The position numbers and the translations under genes were made by a program. Positions 24,974 to 37,122 of a DNA stretch of 60,952 bases are shown in pieces (the stretch's first letter is position 1; each line of letters begins with the position of its first letter). The notes below the pieces were generated by a model. The model searched no databases, was not told the DNA's origin, and saw only the letters and a program-made list of their open reading frames with translations. Source of the DNA: Spirogloea muscicola (taxonomy: Eukaryota); the NCBI GenBank assembly GCA_009602725.1, contig WELB01000023.1, forward strand, positions 501,369-562,320. Reading direction: 5' to 3'.

Positions 24974-27900
24974 ATGCAGGCCAGCTTGCTGTGGGTGCTA
25001 TCCTGGACCGCCTCGCGTCACAACGATCCTCTAGCACTTCGTCAGCTGCCATCGAAGCTCTTGCCGCATGCTAAACAGAGTGTCGACTCCTTGCAGGACG
25101 CCGCCGCTTGGGCGGCTTCTGGACCTGGCCGAGCGGATAACAATAGTGATGCCGCTGCTGGTAGTCGGCTGCGGTGCCAACGCTCGGGGTCAGCAAAATC
25201 GCCTCCTTTCCGCCTCCTTCGAGCTGCCTGGCAAGGGCGCTGGCGGTCAGCAGTCTTTGCGGTGCACCGAAGGTCGTGTTGCCGGGCGCCAGCAAGACCT
25301 GCCAGGTGGCGAGGTGCCTTCGATCAGTGCCGGCAGCATGACGACAGAGGCGGCAGAGGAGAGGCGGCAGCTAGCTGCAGCAGCATGGGAGCACCCGTCA
25401 GGCAACAGCTTGGCAGCTGTCTGCAGCGCCGAGGTGGGGCTCGCTGGGGCTCAGTCTGGCAGCGCCGCCTGGCCCTCGCGCTGCGCGCCTCCTGGCTGCT
25501 GCTCCACTTTGCGCCGCTACTCCTCGCTGGACCGCTCCTCTACGCACTGTCGCGCTACACCGGGGAGCGCCGCCTACGGTCCACCATCTGGCAAATGCTC
25601 CGCTACACCCTTGAGCGCTGCGGCGCAGCATTTATCAAATGGGGCCAGGTAACTTCGCGAAGACCTCACACCCCGCACCCCTCAAATCTGGGGTCCGTGT
25701 CCTGGCCCTGGATGTGCTATTTATTGCGGGCCAGTACTGCTATGATTGCTGTGTTCTGTTTGATAATTTTTCATATAATATTCCATTTGGATTGTCTCTC
25801 TCAACCGCCTTCTCAGAATGAGCATCACAGAAGAGCGTTGCGAGCAGACAAAGCATGCACTTTGCAACTCTTGCAGCAGTTGGCCTTCACTCTCACTCTG
25901 CATGGACAGCGCGTGTCCATAGTGCCATGAGGTCGGGCACCAATGCGTGTCATTGATACATACAGACAGGCAGAGGTGGTCATGGATGGGTTATGAGCGT
26001 CATGGATGGGGTTGGGTCAGGGTTGTGCCATGACCATTCACACACGCGCGTGGCTTTCTGGCAGTGGTCAGCCACGCGTGAGGACATATTCCCTGAGGAT
26101 ATGTGCCGATGTCTGGGCCGGCTGCACGACCGCGCGCCCACGCACTCGTACCGCGAAACGTGCGATGCAGTCCTTCACCACCTCGGCCGGCCCGTTGAAG
26201 ACATCTTTGAGCACTTTGACAGCCAGCCTTGCGCGTCGGGGAGCATTGCGCAGGTTCTTGCTACCAGTTGGCAGCTTGTTTGACTGCACTTTCCTATACT
26301 CTGCCTTGACTGGCCTTGTACCCTGCATACCGTGTACTTTATAGGGAAACTAGTGCAGCAGCAGGTCCTTATTGGGCATTCATGCCATGTCAGTGCAGGT
26401 GCACCGAGCTACGTTGAAGGCGAATGAGGGCAGTCACCTTGTTGACGTTGCAGTCAAGGTTCACACTTGTGCTTTAGTATGCAATATTTGGTGGACTTTT
26501 TTTTAGTCGTAGATTATGTATGGTGTTTGTGCTCACATCACCTTATCGGTGGTGGTATCAGCTTCACAGATTGTTGACCAGCAGGCAAGCAGGCTCTTCT
26601 TTGACTACCTACTGCCAACATGTACTTAGAAGTACACCTTTTCTCATGGCACACCCTACTCAGGCCTGGCAAACCCTTTGTGACGTCAGCCTTGATGCAT
26701 TTCGCCTCTGACGCAGGTCAGGCACCCGGCAGTGGCCCTCCAGATCTGGCAAGACTTTCAGATCATTGCTGCGCTCGTGGACTTTGCGCACAGGTTGCCC
26801 TACCTGCGCTGGCTCAATTTGCGCCAGAGCGTGGAGCAGTTTTCCCACACAATGACGGCCCAGGTCAGACGGGAAGAGCATAAGATGTGCGCAATCCCCA
26901 TGACCATTTCTGCTCTAGTTGATCATCTGCTGACCAAGTTCTCTGAAGCCTTGCCATTGCATGGGAAATACAGATCATTATGCTGTTGCATTCAGGAGTG
27001 AGTATGACTCAGATGTGATGTTCCACCTTGTTTTGGAGCACATTAAGGCTCTCAACGTGCTTGTGAGCAAATCAGTAAGGCATTTCTGAGAAAAGGTGAC
27101 TATGACGTGACCTGAGTCTGCTGAAGAGATGATCTGGTCGCGTTGTCAATGGCAGGCTGACCTCCGCTTTGAGGCACGCAATCTGCTAAGGTTTCATGCC
27201 AACTTCCAGGGCCTTCACCAAGTCGCCATCCCCCGCCTGGTTCCTCACCTGGTTGGCTGCAATCTACTACGTCTACTCAGAAGTGCCTAGGACCTTTGCC
27301 CCTGTTCCTGGACAGTCGCTTGGGCTTGATTGCTTGCTGTAGCCAGAAGAAATGCTCTAACAGTCATTCGGCATGGTCAGCATTGCTGATTGTATAATGG
27401 CCTCTTCTATCTATGACGCAGGTCTCGGAGGGTGTAATAGTAGAGTCGTTTGAGAGGGGTGCTCCTCTGCACAAGTTCCTGCACAGTCACTCCACCCTGA
27501 ACACTCAGGCATGTATGGCAGAGCAGCTCTTTGCTTCCAAAAAACTCAAGGGTTTGTGCACATTGCAGCTTCATCAGGCGATTCCTGAAATGTAATCTCT
27601 TGATTGCGGCATCATTATTTGTGTCAAGTTAAGTAACATGGTATGCCATAGTGAATCTGACCATGACTATGAATGAGCCTAAAGTGCAGCTTGCTGGCCC
27701 TTTCATCTCTCGTTGGACAGATTGCAGCCGTGGGCGTTGACACGTATTTGAAGATGATGCTCACGGACAATTTTGTACACACAGACCTCCATCCAGGAAA
27801 TATCCTGGCCCGTATGATTGGTGCAGGTGTGAGTCTTGGCCCACAGGAACATCAAGTAAACACGCATCTGTTCTGTTCAGCTCCTCTTGTGCAAAACACA

Positions 27901-29011
27901 GCAGATATTTGGTGTATGCTAGACTATAATTCACCAAGGAGTTGTAATTTGAGTGCTTATGGATGGGGAGTTGCTCTCAGGTGAACATTGGTAGGAGTGC
28001 TTGCAGAGTGAGTTCCATGTGAACCTACCATCGGCACCATGTGTGATGACAGCTGCTAGCAACGTATTGCAGACACTGCAGCGGCGTGTGGAGCAGAAGC
28101 AGGCCGCCAGGGCAAGCTGCAGCTTGTTCTCCTTGATTTTGGTCTTGCCGAGGAGCTCTCGCCAAGAGTCAGACACCACTTTCTCTCCTTCATCTCCATG
28201 ATTGGCCTAGGCGATGGGAGGGCCGCTGTGAACATCTCAACCTTGACTTCTTCTGACATATATTTGTGTGGCTGCTGTAGGAGCTTCATACTGAAGTATG
28301 CATGCATCATTTGCAATATGTATGATCAGGACAAGTGCTAGTCCCTGACATTGTAATTAGGCCTCTCGCTGCACAGAGTAAAATGTCGACACTGCTGTTG
28401 CATGTGCTATATGTAGTCTTTCTTGCATAAGCGGAATTCAGGCAGCAGGTGTCTTGAGGAGCTCAAGTAACTGTGTTGCTAGCGCAGGCACGCCACCTAT
28501 TGGCGTTTTCATGGCCCCAGCGACAGCAATGCCCTAGTCCCAAAGAGCTCGCAGACGACATGGACAATCTGTTCATAAGAAACTGCAACCTTGCAGTTTC
28601 ACAGATAGATCTTAAGCACATTCTTAAGCAGGTCTGAATGATGAACTCCGACCTGATGCGTCTCAAGCTCGAGATGCATGTATGCCAAGTGCTGTCACGC
28701 ACCCACAGCTGACTGAAATTTCTGTCATGTGCTACATTTTGGGTCACGTGCTTGATTGGCATTTAGCAAGAAGAAAACTGTATAGCCATTCTCGTGTTCT
28801 AACGCAAGCCTGTCCTTTGCAGGTGTTAGGCCTCTGCAGGAAGCACGAGGTGACAATCAATGCAACTTACGCTTCGCTAGTGATTGCTGTGTGTGTTCTT
28901 GTTGGTTTTGCCAACGCCCTTGACCCCAAGCTCTCCATCATGGATGCGGCTGTACCATGCCTGTTCCTGTACAACCTCACTGGCAGGGTAATTGGACAAG
29001 TATATGGCTGA
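24974..29011 (+). CDS. ABC1/UbiB atypical protein kinase (ADCK2-like)
   Basis: LERCGAAFIKWGQ|WSATREDIFP, ASGSIAQ|VHRA, VAVK|VRHP, DLRFEARNL, MMLTDNFVHTDLHPGNIL, LLDFGLAEEL. Stop at 29011. Confidence 0.93.
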
Positions 29012-29399
29012 ATTGGACTGTGACCACTAATTTATAATAGCAGATAAGACTGGGCGGAGGCCACATTAACCCTCCATCACGTCTTCTGCTGCGCCTATAC
29101 CCTCAGGTGTTCCTCTGATCAATTGCAATCTGGGGAAATTGTCCACTTAATAAATTTATGTGTCATTTATGCCATATGACTGGTTGGTTGTGTTGCCACG
29201 TGCATTTCAAGTGTGACACATAAAACACCTCAAGGGCACAGGTCATGTAGCATCTTGTTGAGGTTCCAAGCCCGATAGCTCTGGGGGCGATGCTTACGCA
29301 CTTGAGATGATTTGGAGGTGCAATTGAAAAGAGTCAAGGTCACAATAAGGGTGCCTGCTCAGGGAACCCCTAGTTGGCAGCCGCACATTGGAGAAATGA

Positions 29400-30680
29400 G
29401 CAGCAGGAAAGAAGAAGGCTCATCCAAATGGGGTGAGGGCTGTGAGAAGGAGAAGATTCGTGTATACGAAAGAAACTAAGGCCAAATGGCCAAATACAAA
29501 GGCAAGCACATCTGAAGACCTACATGACCTACACAGGGGGCGAGGGCTGTGGCTGTGAGAGGCCAGCCCGAAGGAGCGTACTAGCGACTCAAGTGGCCTA
29601 GAAAGAGAGAAGGCGTGCGGGGCGCATGAAATGAAAGGGAGGCCAATTCAAGTCAATACATTGTTCAGGGAGAGTCGAGTGCAAACTAAACAAGGCTACA
29701 TAATACGGAGACCAAAACTGAGGTGCCTAAGGTGACATTAGTAGCCACGGGTGAGCACAAACAATTCTGACAAGCTAACTTGGGGAGCTGGAGCGCCGCC
29801 ACGAAAGCTGGAGAAAGAAAGGAAGACATCGGCTCTCCCAACAGGGGGCGAGGGCTGTTAACGGCTTCTACAGCCGCTCTATTCATATCAGCAGCCGCAT
29901 ACTTTCTTTGTTAACAGCCAGCCCGGAAAAGTATGACGAGGCCGAAGGGGCCCAGGACTGTGGGAAGAAGGTGGCTCTCTCGAACCGGGCGAGAGCTGTG
30001 AACAGCCAGCCCCAAAAGAATTGAGAAGGTCCAAAAGAGTCACCCCGCCTAGAGGCGACAGTCAAGTCAGGGCACGCCCAGCACGAAGATGCAAGGCACG
30101 TTACAAGGCCACAACAGCCGCCGCTTTTCCAAACGCTTTTGCTAAGCTTTTCTGGCCCCTCCGAACCCTTGTCAATTCTTTTCGGGCTGGCTTTTCACAG
30201 CCCTTGCCCCCATTGGGAGTGCCAGATCTTCTTTATCTCCAAACGCCCGCGACGGGGTGGATGAGAAGGAAGTCGGCGATTCGAACGTGCCACGGCGGGG
30301 GCCCGCGCTGTTGGCCTTAGGCGAGAAATCGCTAAGGATAGAAGTCTTAGCTAACTTCGAGTTCGCTAACTAGCTCTAGGCGGTGACAACCGCAGAGTAG
30401 TTTCCTCCGGCGGTGATAGCCGCGGAGAGGCGTCTGATTCACCTTCTCTCCAAAATCAGATAGGAGGCGGTGGGTGATTCCGCAAAGGCGGTAACCACCT
30501 GCATCACCTGCTTGGTGGGGCGGTGTCTAACCGCGTTCACCGCCACAAGCAGCTCTGTGGCCCCTTTGTAGCTGCTCACCGCTCTTAGGCCCCTCTGAAC
30601 CTTTGTGCATTCTTTTTGGGCTGGCTTTTCGCAGCCCTTGCCCCCATTGGGAGTGCCACTTCTTTCTGTCAGACACTTGG
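29400..30680. mobile_element. Nest B: CRE-like retrotransposon 3' fragments in both orientations
   Basis: Minus-strand terminal motifs at about 29410-29450, 29535-29575, 29820-29930 and 29960-30035. Plus-strand copies at 30150-30235 and 30558-30665. Minus ORF end VSLSELFVLTRGY* (stop 29738-29740). 29604-29780 is homologous to 52095-52270. Confidence 0.7.
30329..30545. repeat. Array of GGCGGT motifs forming short palindromes
   Basis: GGCGGT at about 30379, 30409, 30466, 30487 and 30519, and reversed at 30538. Several read GCGGT-N4/5-(A/G)CCGC. Confidence 0.55.
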
Positions 30681-30964
30681 GGCGGCGCCCTCCCGGGTTG
30701 CCCGACGCCCATATAACCAAGCTCACTGCGCAGAACCCCCTGCGCGGGCTCTCATTCTTGAATACTGGCCCAAGCCCTGCCTGTCTGCCCGCTCAACGCT
30801 CCATCTCCCCTCACCTCACAGGGGCTTCTGCCCAGCCGTTGGCACGCCGTTTCGACCTTCGATAATCTTCCGCTGCCGACGGTAGCCCGCAATGGCCGCC
30901 GTCAACCATTCTGGCCATTTCGGCCTTCACGCGCTGCGAACACGCCGCCAGGGGCTTCCTCCCT

Positions 30965-31030
30965 CGCGACCACGCTGGCGCCACGTCGCGCCACCCGCCG
31001 CGCCACGTGGGCGTGAGCCGCCACGGTGGC
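30965..31030. promoter_or_regulatory. Cluster of GCCACG/G-box (ABRE-like) motifs
   Basis: GCCACGTC, GCCACGTGG and GCCACGGTGGC within 65 bp, upstream of the gene at about 31.5 kb. Confidence 0.3.
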
Positions 31031-31045
31031 GGGGCCGGCGCGCGG

Positions 31046-31156
<111 letters not shown>

Positions 31157-31482
31157 CTGGCCCGACGAGCCGGCTGCTCGCCCTCGACTCCCGGCTGTGC
31201 TGGTCCGCTCAGCAGCCGAAGGTCGCCTCACGCCGCCGGCACCGCTATGCCCTTCTCTTGGTGCCCGAGGCGGCGGCAGCTCCTTTGCGAGAGGAGGCCT
31301 AGCTCTGCAGCTCGGCGCGTCTCAGCATCTACATCAACGGGCTCGGCCATTGACGAGGCTGCAGGAGGAGTGACGGTGAAGGAGGACGTGGCTAATGTGC
31401 GTCGTCGATCCTTCCTTGTCTATGCTATTCCCTCTCTAACTCGGATGTAGCGGGGATTTCATTTACTATTGCCTGCTAATGN

Positions 31483-32727
31483 GGCCTGGCCGTCGAGGCG
31501 GCCTGGGCCCGCGAGCCCGCCTGCGGCACCAGCGGCCGCAGCTCCGGCGCGGCCGTGCAGGCCAGCAGGTGAGACGACCGCCGAGTGTCCTGGACGCCCT
31601 CGTTGCCGGCTGCGAGTGCATACAACGCTCGCGTTAACCCATTGCACTTCAGCTGTAGCCTGTTGACGATGTCGCCGGCAGACCTGTGTCTCACATCTCT
31701 TGCGATGCTTGCCTGTCGGAACAGAGTCGGCCGCTGTCGGCTGCGGCCAAGACCAACGGCGCCGCACTCCCTGTCGACTGGTGAGCGCCTCTCGTCTGGG
31801 TTGCTGTCAGGACGCTGCTCTGGCTTTGCTGGTCGGTGTTGCCCTTTGTTAGACTCAGCAGTCCATCAGGCTTATGCCTAATTTCATGTCATCTGCTTGT
31901 TTTCGCGTCCTACAGGCGTCCCTTCAGAATTGCGCCTGGGTTTGAGACGGCACGGATGTGGGGATTCATGGAGGTTGGAGGAGCAGATGGCGTCTGCGAG
32001 TTACACCAGCAGGAAGGGCCAGGCCAGGGCTGGTGCTCTGGTGGCCACGCAGCCGCCGCCCAGGGACCAGGGCAGCAGCTCCAAGCCGTTCGAGTCCTGG
32101 ATGCAGGACGTGGTGTTTGATGTAAGCACGGAGAGGAGAAGCTTTGACACCGTGCAGTGCATTTGCAAGTGTGTGCTGACAAAGATGGTAGTAGGAGTTA
32201 TCACTTGTGGGTGTGAGAGCTGACTTTGCTTTGGAGATGGTGGCTCTGATGATGTGTAGATTGTCAAGCACGCCAAGGATGCGCCTTTCCTGCACTTTGT
32301 GTTTGACAACATGCATGGTAAAGGCAAGCCGCAGCGCCAGCTCGTGGAGCCAGATGTGATCCAGCGGCCAGAGCTGTGGAATACAGTCAAGGACTCTGTG
32401 AGGCAGCAGGCGCCGGACGGCGTGATTTTCATCCACCGCCTGCAACCCCAGGAGAACATGGATCAGGCGTGCTTCTACGACTGTGATGTGGACCCCATCG
32501 CCAATTGCAGTGTTGTGCCGGACGCGCACCCCGGTGCCTCAGGTGGCTCCACCAACTTGTGGGGCATTGTTGTGCAGCGCAAGAGCAGCCGGCGGCATGC
32601 ATGCTACATACTCAAGACGACCTGTATTGCATCGGCGATGGGCGCTTGCACACGCTTCAGCCTCACGCGCACCACTTGTGGCGGCCCAGCCCTGCTCAGC
32701 CAACTTGAGAGCTCTTGGCTGGTCTGA
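31483..32727 (+). CDS. Conserved green-plant protein of unknown function, probably with a plastid transit peptide; 5' end broken at N 31482
   Basis: FESWMQDVVFD|IVKHAKDAPFL..PDGVIFIHRL..WGIVVQ..ACYILKTT..CTRFSLTR..QLESSWLV* matches from memory a plant family pattern (WM..VV.IVK...AP / WGIVVQ / CY.LKT). Upstream exons are Ala/Pro/Arg-rich. Confidence 0.75.
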
Positions 32728-33606
32728 GCCTGCTTGTCACGCGCGCTTCTCCTGCCTCTCCTGCCTAGTTTCGTGCTTTGTTGGTGGCCTGTTTTTCAAC
32801 AGCAAACTGCTCATTGTCCCTCCCTCCTTCCACTTTCAAATCTTGTAGATGTTAGCAAAGACCCTCAGTGCTCTTACATGCATGAGGCGAGCACTGCCAG
32901 TGCCTGCTACTGTGGGCTGCTGACCATTACTGCCCATTTGCAGTATCATTATTTGAGGGAGCAGATGTCTTGTAGACAATTACTTAGACGGACCTGGTTG
33001 CTTCTGTTGTACTATTGTAAAGACTGCGACATATTCATTCAAAAGGTCTCTGAACTTGCAAGGTTGTCCACATTGTGATGCTTGGATATGTCATTGCAGT
33101 GGCACGTCAGTGTCACCACTTTCGAGATTGTTATTCTGACCAACCATAATAAGCACATTGTGAGATGCATTTGCATGTTGTCCTGCTGTCTCTGATTCGA
33201 GCGGACATGCAAGACGATGCATCGGTGCCCATTGCTTTTACATAGTTGGTGGACCATTGGCACTGTCAAGCAAGCAGAGCGTGCAAATGTCTGTGCGATG
33301 TCTGAGGTGCCCACATTCACAATCTCCTGTACGCTTGATTAGGACATGTAGTGCTTAAAGTGCACCTGGCCAGTAGTCTTGAGCTGTTTTTGCTGGGACA
33401 TCACATGCCATCACAAGAAGAAAGGCGCGCGGTGCACATGAATATGAAAGGGAGGTCAATCTGAGCATTACAGAAGTCCTGGCAACGGGGCAAGAAGCTG
33501 TCTAAGGGGGACACTACAGTCTCCACAAGAGATAATAGTTTGTGATAGGTGTGTGGTGCCCGTGGGATACAAAAGGCGGGAGGGCAAGCCGAGCCAACAG
33601 TCCTTA

Positions 33607-35024
33607 TCAAGGCAATGAGCTGCCTCCTTTCCCTTGTGCCATTCTCTTCGGCAGCAGGACACTGTGGATGTTCGGCTGGACATGCACCACAACTTACGAG
33701 TTAGGATTGATGCCACCCATGTATATGCATGGAGGTATACGACCATGATGAGAACTCTGTACTGCCACCTCAGTGACCACAACTGGAGTGCTTACTACAG
33801 GTTCTGGCTGCTTGTCCATGAAGCTCATGACACCAGGGACCGGGAGTACCAGAACACCACCAGCTGCAATAGTCGTTTGGCCAAGGAGCTTGCTCAACTC
33901 CTCATCATTGCGAATAGCTAGCTGGATGTGACGTGGCACGATTCTCGTCTTCTTGTTATCCCTTGCTGCATTGCCTGCGAGCTCCAGGACTTCAGCTGCT
34001 AGGTACTCCATGACTGCAAAGTTCATGAGATCCAGATGTGAGTGGTATAACATCCGGTGGGCTGAAATGAAGCTACCGTCTTTTGATAAGCATGTGCTAG
34101 AAGCAGAACCAAGGCATAATGGCAACCCGAACCTCTGGGAGACCACTTGCAGAGAGGGCAAACGACAAAGCAGAAATAGCATCACCTGCTGCAAGGTAGA
34201 CCGGTGCTCCGGCTCCCAGACGAGCCGCATACTTGCCGTTTTTCAGGTACCTACGGAATGGCACACAGTACTGTATTGGAGCCCTTTGACCTAAGGTTGC
34301 ACCATATGCTGCAACCCCAACTTGATAAGCCATGAGCGACCAAGAGAAGAAAACATGGACTTTCATTGGATCTGAGTAACTCTGGCCCATGCTAGGTGGT
34401 TGACTACATCCGTGAAGCATGACACACAATGTGCAAATTAATGTCCCCACCCGTACTTGAGCAGCTGTGACCACTGCGTCTAAGCACATCTTTGACCTTT
34501 TCCTTACTGGAGACAAGCTATATTACAACCAGCACAGAGTATGGTAAGGGACATTGCAATTTGCCATCACAAGTTGCTCCAACAGCACCTGATGAGCTTG
34601 CACTTTGAGTAGCTGACTTCAGAGGAGAGGAGCAGGTTTCATGTATTTGCAAAATCATGTTCACCTTGCGACTCTACCAACGGGGAACTGTAGCCCTGCT
34701 TTGTGAGAGCGCGAGCCATCCTTGCTGGGTTTCTGCTTGCCTCTGCCTCCACCTGATCAAGAGGAGTGGATACATCACGTCCAATTGGCATATGCTATGT
34801 GCGCCAGGAGGGATTCAATCAAGAGTAATTTGATGTGCAGTTCAACTATTGCTAACGTTGCCCTGGATGCTTGATGTGCGCGATCGTCGTCGGTGAGGGC
34901 TGTGCATTGTGGGCTTGAGATGCTCAGCCAGTTGTCACATCATTCGATATCAGAAATGGTGTTCTACCCTTAGAGGCTCCAAGTTGCAGCCTGTAGACTC
35001 ACTTGCAGCTGGTCGAGGCCCCAT
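33607..35024 (-). CDS. H2A: Histone H2A variant, 5 exons
   Basis: [117 protein letters not shown]. The first exon (35003-35024) is inferred from intron phase. Confidence 0.93.
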
Positions 35025-36194
35025 GTGGCATGTGATCCAAGACTAGGTAGGCTGAACGACGCAGAGCACAAACACACAGTGCCTGCACAAGGTATGGGAC
35101 ACAAGAAGTAGCTCGTCTGAAACAGGCACGTGCATGTGCAGCAGAAGATGCTCTGCTGCACTGGGGCCACTACTGACACATGCATCACACAAAGCAAGGC
35201 CATCTTCTCTTGATGTTGGACTGGAAAGGCCACGCCAATGCTCAGCAGATGACAACGCTCTGTCAACTGTGGCCTCTCCATAAGAGGTATTCATCATCAT
35301 GCCTGATCAGTCTCCTTCAAGGAGTCGTATCAGCCATGAAGTGGAGCCCGTTATATGTCGCACGTCGATATCTGCAGGGCTGAACAAGGCACAGTGCTCA
35401 GACTCACAGGAAGAAGAGGTGCTGAAGCGGCGCGCCCGGGCAAGTCGACAACGAAGTCGCTAACGTGCAGCCCCTTGCTTCATTCAAGCCGCCTGAGACG
35501 GCCGCCGGCGCGGCGCGGCGCCGGAAAGGCGAGGCCTTGCCGCGCCTCGGCCGCCGCTGCCCCAGGACGGCCACACGCGGCGGACTCGGGGCGGCCGTGG
35601 CTCCCGCCGCGGCCATGAGCTCCGCGTGGGGCGGGCCAGCTGCGGGGGGCCGCCATGCAGTGCATGGAAAGGCGGACGTACGTGATGGGCCCGTCGCCCC
35701 CTTCATGTAACGTCGACCATCTGGTCTTAGATGAGCCCCATGCGACTGACCTTGTCCCGATCTTAGTACTTTCCTTTCATTCTTTGATTTTAGTTGCATG
35801 AAGCTTTTCACAGCCACCGCCTCCTCTTGATACCGCCTTCACTATTCGCACGCTGTCTGTTGAGCTCCATACGCGCTTTGTGCGCGCGAAATGGCCGATC
35901 GAAAGGGCTGGCCATCTTTCCTCAGGCAGAGTAGTTCAGCCGAGCTCAAGGTGCAGTTGTGCTGGGCAGAGCGGAGGTGTTCGAGTTAGCGCAAGAGATA
36001 CGGGACAAAGTAGGTAGCCGCCGAAAAGCGCCAAATCACAAAGCAATCCAAGTACCACGAAGTATGGTCGCTTAGGAACCCCTCATTAGCAGGCGCAAGT
36101 CAATTGACTAGCAGCCTGAAAACAGTCTCCACTGATCAAGAACCTGCAAGAAGCAAGACTGGCGGTCTGACCATGTGCTAGGTTATTGAAAGAT

Positions 36195-36290
36195 TTTAGA
36201 AGAGAACGGGCGCTCCCAAAGGGGCAAACGGCTGTGAATCGCCAGCCCGTAAAGAATTGACAAGGTCCGATCGGGCCACAAGTGCTTTCA
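36195..36290 (-). mobile_element. Isolated CRE-like 3'-terminal fragment
   Basis: Minus strand reads CTTGTCAATTCTTTACGGGCTGGCGATTCACAGCCG..TTTGGGAGCGCCCGTTCTCTTCT. Confidence 0.6.
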
Positions 36291-36924
36291 CAAAGCGTGC
36301 CCGGTAGGAAGAACACTAAGTGACCTATAGTGAGGAGCCAAATTTTGGAAGGTATGCACCATTGCTATCCTATCAATGTGTCCTATTTGCTTATGGGTGA
36401 TTCAAACCTAAATACTGTCGATTTGACAAAGTGAAAGCCATGTCAAAATGTCAAATTGAGAATCATGCACTCATCAGAGTGAATGTTTTTCTGGCAGAAG
36501 AAAACACAACGAGATGATAGAGATAGAGGGATGTGGCCACAATGATGTATGGCCAGACCATGTCAAATCATGACATGACAATGACATGGCTTTGAGGAGG
36601 AGAAGGGTCGGGTAACTGGTCAGCCCATCAGAGATTGGAAAGTGTGAAGAGATAAGAAAGTGGCTACATTGCTGAGGACCGTGGAGCGTGTTGGTAACCA
36701 GCAAGATGATGCCTAATCAATGTTGCTGACAACGTGGATGGCAAGAGTTTGCAAAGGAGAGAAAAGGAGATGCAGGGAAGCAAGTGGCACCTGCGACAAT
36801 GATATCTGACCGCTTGTCAACAACTGTCTGGGAGGCTGAAGCAGGCAACAGGCAAAGAGCTTTCCTGCTAAAAGTATGACTCAGCTTCTAGTATGCACAA
36901 GTGCCCTCTCTCAGCACTATCCAG

Positions 36925-37000
36925 CCCCTTCGGATATTGTGCATTCTATTCGGGCTGGCTTTTCACAGCCCTCCGCCCCTTTGGAAGAGCTTACATTCTT
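36925..37000 (+). mobile_element. Isolated CRE-like 3'-terminal fragment
   Basis: TTGTGCATTCTATTCGGGCTGGCTTTTCACAGCCCTCCGCCCCTTTGGAAGAGC..TTCTT. Confidence 0.6.
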
Positions 37001-37122
37001 ACTCACAGTCTCAACCCCCTGATTGGCTTACTTTGAAGGCGTGTACTGTAGATTGTGCACAAGGTTATTCAACCGCAGGGCTTGCGGACGACGCCGATGC
37101 CCACCGTGGCCAGCTTCACGAG

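Noticed and set aside
30270..30300. GTTCGAATC on the minus strand as a tRNA T-loop
   Set aside because: The T-stem does not pair and no cloverleaf can be built.
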